In this document: in pieces, positions 59,404 to 64,000 of the stretch
Numbering within the stretch: position 1 is the stretch's first letter
How the letters are laid out: each line of letters opens with the position of its first letter
Source of the DNA: an uncultured delta proteobacterium
GTDB taxonomy: Bacteria > Myxococcota_A > Polyangia > Fen-1088
DNA: 64,000 nucleotides
Assembly (NCBI GenBank): GCA_963737265.1
Contig: CAVTRY010000011.1
Span: forward strand, 544,001 to 608,000
Direction: 5' to 3'
The notes under the pieces: model-generated
Seen by the model: only the letters and a program-made list of their open reading frames with translations
Database searches by the model: none
What the model was told of the DNA's origin: nothing
Position numbers and translations under genes: made by a program

Positions 59404-59730
59404 ATGGCGACAGATATCGACCACGAATCGGCATTCGACCCACGGCGTCGACTGTGTCCTGACGGAAGCTGCATTGGAGTCGTTGGTGGCGACGGCAAGT
59501 GTACGGTGTGTGGGGCATCAGATCCCGACGGGCCAGGGCCGGTGCAGCCCGCTAGCGAAATCATCGATCCTGGGCCCGAAGCTGCCGAGATTGCTTCGAT
59601 CGAGTCGAGCGCGCCTGCGCAGGGTACCGATTTCGACCCCAATCGCCGCTTGTGCTCGGACGAGAGCTGTATCGGCGTAGTCGGGGGCGACGGCCGATGC
59701 AAGCTGTGTGGAAAGCCCGCAATTCCTTGA
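59404..59730 (+). CDS. Small protein with duplicated Cys4 motif
   Basis: FDPxRRLCxDxSCIGVVGGDGxCxxCG occurs twice, separated by an acidic linker. Confidence 0.75.
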   Translation: MATDIDHESAFDPRRRLCPDGSCIGVVGGDGKCTVCGASDPDGPGPVQPASEIIDPGPEAAEIASIESSAPAQGTDFDPNRRLCSDESCIGVVGGDGRCKLCGKPAIP

Positions 59731-59837
59731 GTATTCGGCTCGAACTTCTCGCGACTTAAAGTAAAACTCTAGAAGTGTGTTCGACCATCGCCTGCTGGCA
59801 ACTCGCCACATGCCCAGCAGCCGTGTAGAAAACCTTC

Positions 59838-60860
59838 ATGGACTCACTCTTCCTCGCTGCCTGCCGCGGAAAAGAAACTCCCAGGCCGCCGCTCTGGCTC
59901 ATGCGCCAGGCGGGTCGCTATCTGCCTGAATACCGCGAGGTGCGCAGTCACGTTACGTTTCTGGAGCTGTGCAAGACGCCCGCGCTGGCGGCAGAAGTGA
60001 CCTTGCAACCCATTCGGCGCTTCGGCTTCGATGCCGCGATCCTATTCTCGGATTTGCTCATCCCCATCGAAGCCATGGGACTGGAGGTTACATTTACCGA
60101 TCTCGGTCCCAGCCTGCCCGCACCGGTGCGCAACGCGCAGGACGTGGACCGCTTACGTGTCTTCGATCCGTGGCAGACCACGCCTTTCGTCCCCGAGACC
60201 ATCCGCCTGCTGCGCGACAAGCTCGGCGAGACGCCCCTCATTGGTTTCGCGGGGGCGCCGTTCACCGCTGCCACCTACGTCATCGAAGGCAAGACCGGCA
60301 AGAACTTCATCGAGACCAAGAAATTCTTCCACCGCGACCCCAAGTCTGCGCATCAGCTGCTCGCCCTCATCGAGGCGGCGACGCGCGGCTATCTGCTCGC
60401 CCAAGTCGCCGCTGGCGCGCAGGCCATCCAGATTTTCGATTCTTGGCTCGGCGTGGTCTCGCCCGAGGAATGGGACGAGTTCGTCTGTGGCCCCACCAAG
60501 GCACTCATCGCCGCCATCCACGCCACCGGCGTTCCCGTCATCTACTTTCCCAATGGCGCCACCACACTCCTTGAACGCATTGCGCAGGTGGGCGCCGATG
60601 TCTACAGCATCGATTGGCGGCTGCCGCTCGGTCAAGCGCGGGCACGGTTGCAAGCGGGTGGCGCGGGAGCGTTCGCGCTTCAAGGCAACTTGGATCCGGC
60701 ACTTCTTCTCGGCTCGGCGGATGGCTTGCGCAAGCAAGTCGCCGAGGTCGCGCGCGAGGGTGGCGGTCGCGGCCACGTCTTCAACTTGGGCCACGGCATC
60801 TATCCCGAAACGCCGATCGAAAACGTCGAAGTGCTGGTGCGCGCGGTTCGCGGCGAGTAG
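59838..60860 (+). CDS. hemE: Uroporphyrinogen decarboxylase
   Basis: WLMRQAGRYLPEY, ILFSD, QIFDSW, QGNLDP and FNLGHG. Confidence 0.96.
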   Translation: MDSLFLAACRGKETPRPPLWLMRQAGRYLPEYREVRSHVTFLELCKTPALAAEVTLQPIRRFGFDAAILFSDLLIPIEAMGLEVTFTDLGPSLPAPVRNAQDVDRLRVFDPWQTTPFVPETIRLLRDKLGETPLIGFAGAPFTAATYVIEGKTGKNFIETKKFFHRDPKSAHQLLALIEAATRGYLLAQVAAGAQAIQIFDSWLGVVSPEEWDEFVCGPTKALIAAIHATGVPVIYFPNGATTLLERIAQVGADVYSIDWRLPLGQARARLQAGGAGAFALQGNLDPALLLGSADGLRKQVAEVAREGGGRGHVFNLGHGIYPETPIENVEVLVRAVRGE

Positions 60861-60883
60861 CCACTTCCACGTCGACCAGAGCG

Positions 60884-62239
60884 CTACTTTTTCTGGGCGA
60901 AGCAGCGCGGATCCGCGGCGCCGTTGGGATACGCAAAGAAGGTCAAAATGTCGGTGTTGGTCGACGCCCAGGGCACAAGGCGAATGGATCCGCCCGGCTG
61001 GCAGGTCGCGGTGTTGAAAGCCAGGCCACCGATGTTCGATCCGCCAAAATTCGGGCCCTGATTCGAGTCAAACAAGGTGGCGATCGCGGCGGTACTCGGA
61101 ACCGAGCTTGCGCCGTGGCTGATGTCGAAGAGCAACACCCTGCCCTGCCCACCCGTGGCGGTCGGCGCCGAAACCAACAGTTGTGCCGTCGCTGCCCCCG
61201 GCACGAGGAAGGTGGCGACCCTTCTTCCGAAGTCGGTCGAAGCCGGCGCGCTAATGTTGACCGACGGAAGGGTCACGCCGTCGAGCGGGCCAAAGTAGAC
61301 GTAGACCGTGTCTGGCGGCGTTCCGACAGCGAGATCGAGGGCGCCGTCCCCGTTGAAATCTCCGACCGCCAGCGACGTACCGAAGTTGTTCGAAGTTGCG
61401 TCGCCTGGGCTTTGCAGGACATTGCCTCCAGGCGAGCAAATCAGCGTGCCCGCGCGACCATACTGAAGGAACACAACCGAGCCTGCCAGCTGACCACTTT
61501 CGTGGCCACCAAGGACGATCTCGTCGCCGCCCCCGGCGAGCAGGTCGCCGACCGCGACAGGCCGGTAGGCGTAACTGGAGGGAAGGTTCGGATTTGCGAG
61601 GACAACCTCGGGGCACAGGGCTTGGACCATGGTTCCATCCGCCTCGATCAGGGACACGGAATCGTCGGCTACCACGACGGTCTCGGCCGCCAGGCCCGCG
61701 TTCTGGCCCGTGACATCGCCGGTGGCGACCGCCATGCCGAAATGATCCGTCCCGGTTGTGCCAGGCTGAATGCCAAAGGTCAAGCTGCCATCAGCCTGCG
61801 TCGTTAGAGCTAGAATGCTGATCCGTCCGATGGCCACATTCGACAAGGCGGAAAAATGAGGCGTGCCGAGGACGATGGAGCCGTTGGAAAGCCGGGCCGC
61901 GCTCTGCACGATCCCTTGATCGCCGGTGCCGAGGTTGGCCAGCGCCGTCGCACCCGTCACCTCGTGCAGGGCGACTTTGCCATCCTTGTCGTAGTCAGCG
62001 ACGGCCAAGTATTGCTGATCCGTGCGCGAAACCAGCATGCGCGCGGCCACCTGGGTGTTTGCCTGTGCAGGAGGGGGAAGCGCCAAGATGGAAAGCGCGC
62101 CCGTGCTGGATCCCGACGTACCGAAAGACACGACGGGCGCTTGGTCGAGGACCGAGTTGAAATCACCGGGATTGCAGCCCGCCGATTCCATGGCTAACGA
62201 GGTGATCGAGGCGAGCAGGAGAGCATTCGCGATGCGCAC
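60884..62239 (-). CDS. FG-GAP (integrin alpha-like) repeat lipoprotein
   Basis: Lipobox SAG-C, plus FGMAVATGD, FGTSLAVGDFNGDGALDLAVG and DFGRRV. The GTG lies 1 nt after the upstream stop, with GGAGG. Confidence 0.8.
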   Translation of the reverse strand: MRIANALLLASITSLAMESAGCNPGDFNSVLDQAPVVSFGTSGSSTGALSILALPPPAQANTQVAARMLVSRTDQQYLAVADYDKDGKVALHEVTGATALANLGTGDQGIVQSAARLSNGSIVLGTPHFSALSNVAIGRISILALTTQADGSLTFGIQPGTTGTDHFGMAVATGDVTGQNAGLAAETVVVADDSVSLIEADGTMVQALCPEVVLANPNLPSSYAYRPVAVGDLLAGGGDEIVLGGHESGQLAGSVVFLQYGRAGTLICSPGGNVLQSPGDATSNNFGTSLAVGDFNGDGALDLAVGTPPDTVYVYFGPLDGVTLPSVNISAPASTDFGRRVATFLVPGAATAQLLVSAPTATGGQGRVLLFDISHGASSVPSTAAIATLFDSNQGPNFGGSNIGGLAFNTATCQPGGSIRLVPWASTNTDILTFFAYPNGAADPRCFAQKK

Positions 62240-62240
62240 G

Positions 62241-63710
62241 TTAGAACCTCCCCGTTGCCGACAGGCCCGCGCCGTTTGGCACTTCCATGGGTGCGAAGCC
62301 AAACCGCTTGGGCTCCGGGTTGGCGACGTTCGTGGTCCTCAAGGTGGCGGTGGTGGGCGGCCCCGATTCGAGGAAGTTCCACAAAGACAGCGCGCCGGTC
62401 ACGACGCTGAGCCCGAAACAAACGTCCGCGCCGATGTAGTAGTACTTGCCCGTCGAGGTGCGCGAGTCCGCCGTGCTGGTGAGCTTCGTCGTGTTCTTGA
62501 TGTCGCTGTTGATGTCGTCCTTAACCTGGTTGCCCTTCACGCCGAGGTAGATTCCACCGGCGAGGAACGCCGCCGAGAAAATGCCATCCGTCCAGGCCTT
62601 TACCCGCGAAGGTTTGGGCGAGTAAGTAAGATCGATGGTAATGGCGTCGGCGCGATTCACGGTAACTCGCCCGTCGTAGTTCTCCATGCCTTCTTTCTGG
62701 ACGTGCAGGACATGGTCTCCCGGTTTGAGCTGCGGTTCGCACGGGAGCGTACAGGCCAGGGTCCCGTCGACGAAGAGCTTGCCGCCTTCGTTGACCTTGT
62801 TGCCCGCTCTTAGCACCCCGTAGCCGACCACTTCCAGGTTGATCGTGTGCGTCGTGGCGGTCCCCGGCTCGACTTCGATTTCCTTCTGCGCCGTCTCGTA
62901 GCCCACGCGCCCAACCCACAAGGTGTGCTTGCCGGGCTTGAGGTGCCCGGTGTACGGCGTCCGGCCAATCGCCCCGATCTCTTGGCGGTCGATGAACACG
63001 TCCGCACCGGGCACGTTGGAGACGACCTCGATCCAGCCGAGGAAATGCTGCTCGGACAACGAAATGTAAATTTCGAGGATCTTGTCTGTGCGTGGACTTA
63101 TCCGCCGTTCCTCGGGCTTGAACCCCTTGGCTTCGAACAACAGTTTGACGGGCTTGGGTTCAAGGGATCCCTGCCAGGGCGTGGTCGCGAATACGCCCTT
63201 GGCTTTGTCGTCGACGTAGATCGTCGCCCCCGGGGGCTTGGAATCGATGATGACCAGACCCTTGGTGGCGATGGCCGGCAAGATCGGGGCTGGCGTCGCG
63301 GGCTTCTCGGGGACGGGCTTGCCCGTCTGAACGGGGGGCGCTGGCGCGATGGCCACTTTCAAGCCCTCGATGCGAGCCTTCACGTCGGCCGCGTCGCGCG
63401 CCTGCGGATCGATGTCCACGTACTTCTGGAAGGCTTCGACCGCCTTGTCTAGATTTTTCGCCTTTTCGTGGGCAACCGCGGCGTTGAAAAGGAAGGAACT
63501 GAATGGCTTCTTGTCGAAGGCCATCATGAATTTGGCGGCCGCTTCTTCAAACTGATCCTTGCTGTAGAGAACCTGAGCTTCCTCGAAGGCGAACTTGGCC
63601 TCTTGAAGGGCTGGGTCGGGCGCGGCTGGTTCTTCCGCCTGGGCCGCCGGCACCTCACTAACCAGCAACCCCAGAACTAGGCTCGCTACAACCCGCTCGG
63701 CACGCATCAT
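62241..63710 (-). CDS. TPR + PEGA domain protein with C-terminal hydrophobic hairpin and terminal ...ATGRF
   Basis: Signal peptide, TPR (FLFNAAVAHEK), three PEGA repeats (SKPPGATIYVD, SNVPGADVFID) and two C-terminal hydrophobic segments. Confidence 0.88.
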   Translation of the reverse strand: MMRAERVVASLVLGLLVSEVPAAQAEEPAAPDPALQEAKFAFEEAQVLYSKDQFEEAAAKFMMAFDKKPFSSFLFNAAVAHEKAKNLDKAVEAFQKYVDIDPQARDAADVKARIEGLKVAIAPAPPVQTGKPVPEKPATPAPILPAIATKGLVIIDSKPPGATIYVDDKAKGVFATTPWQGSLEPKPVKLLFEAKGFKPEERRISPRTDKILEIYISLSEQHFLGWIEVVSNVPGADVFIDRQEIGAIGRTPYTGHLKPGKHTLWVGRVGYETAQKEIEVEPGTATTHTINLEVVGYGVLRAGNKVNEGGKLFVDGTLACTLPCEPQLKPGDHVLHVQKEGMENYDGRVTVNRADAITIDLTYSPKPSRVKAWTDGIFSAAFLAGGIYLGVKGNQVKDDINSDIKNTTKLTSTADSRTSTGKYYYIGADVCFGLSVVTGALSLWNFLESGPPTTATLRTTNVANPEPKRFGFAPMEVPNGAGLSATGRF

Positions 63711-63850
63711 AATGCTTCAGATTGCGCCACCGACCGTCGAGGATCAAGGGCCTGCTGCAGCTCAGAACGGCCCAGACGCGCCGTGACCATAAGAATTGGA
63801 GCTTGCAACCGCCACGACTTGGAGAGGCTCGTCCCCTCGCTGCTTACCGC

Positions 63851-63880
63851 AAGAAAAGGGCCCCGGTGTCCCGAGGCCCT
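63851..63880 (-). terminator. Intrinsic terminator downstream of gap
   Basis: The minus strand reads AGGGCCTCGG-GACA-CCGGGGCCCT followed by TTTCTT. Confidence 0.8.
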
Positions 63881-63920
63881 CGTCGCGTCTGTCAGGTTTG
63901 ACCGCTACTGACTGCCTGCC

Positions 63921-64000
63921 CTACAGGCCCTTGCCGATGATGTAGGAAAGTAGCTCAACCGTGCGGCAGCTATAGCCCCATTCGTTGTCGTACCAGCTCA
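63921..64000 (-). CDS. gap: C-terminus of glyceraldehyde-3-phosphate dehydrogenase (truncated by the window edge)
   Basis: SWYDNEWGYSCRTVELL..GL* contains the GAPDH WYDNE motif. Confidence 0.9.
   Translation of the reverse strand, partial: SWYDNEWGYSCRTVELLSYIIGKGL

Overview
High-GC bacterial chromosome segment with a Myxococcota (myxobacteria-like) signature. It contains MYXO-CTERM-type surface proteins, PEGA/TPR proteins, Cys-rich lipoproteins, large Ser/Thr kinases and an ftsB-dmxA-like pair. Most of the window is housekeeping and signalling genes (acs, aroA, tyrA, nadD, lipB, rpmB, hemE, the 3' end of gap, prkA, yqjDEK, mlaC-like). I found no rRNA, tRNA, CRISPR array or transposase. The main unexplained signals are five. 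(1) A 165-bp hairpin-built MITE is present twice with TGA target duplications; one copy sits inside a DUF4276-like gene of a decayed ABC-ATPase/TOPRIM-like (defence-type) pair. (2) An unrelated 144-bp MITE has a 9-bp target duplication, and there are two weaker inverted-repeat elements. (3) Five +1 frameshifts all fall at GCTCGAAC where GCTCGAC restores the frame; this is probably a modification-linked sequencing error. (4) A recurring module pairs a TPR/PEGA protein ending in G-[KR]-F with a translationally coupled lipoprotein. (5) A catalytically degenerate D-Ala-D-Ala ligase paralogue has a C-terminal F-x-G-x-D-R-R tail. All family assignments come from motif recognition by eye; no database searches were run.
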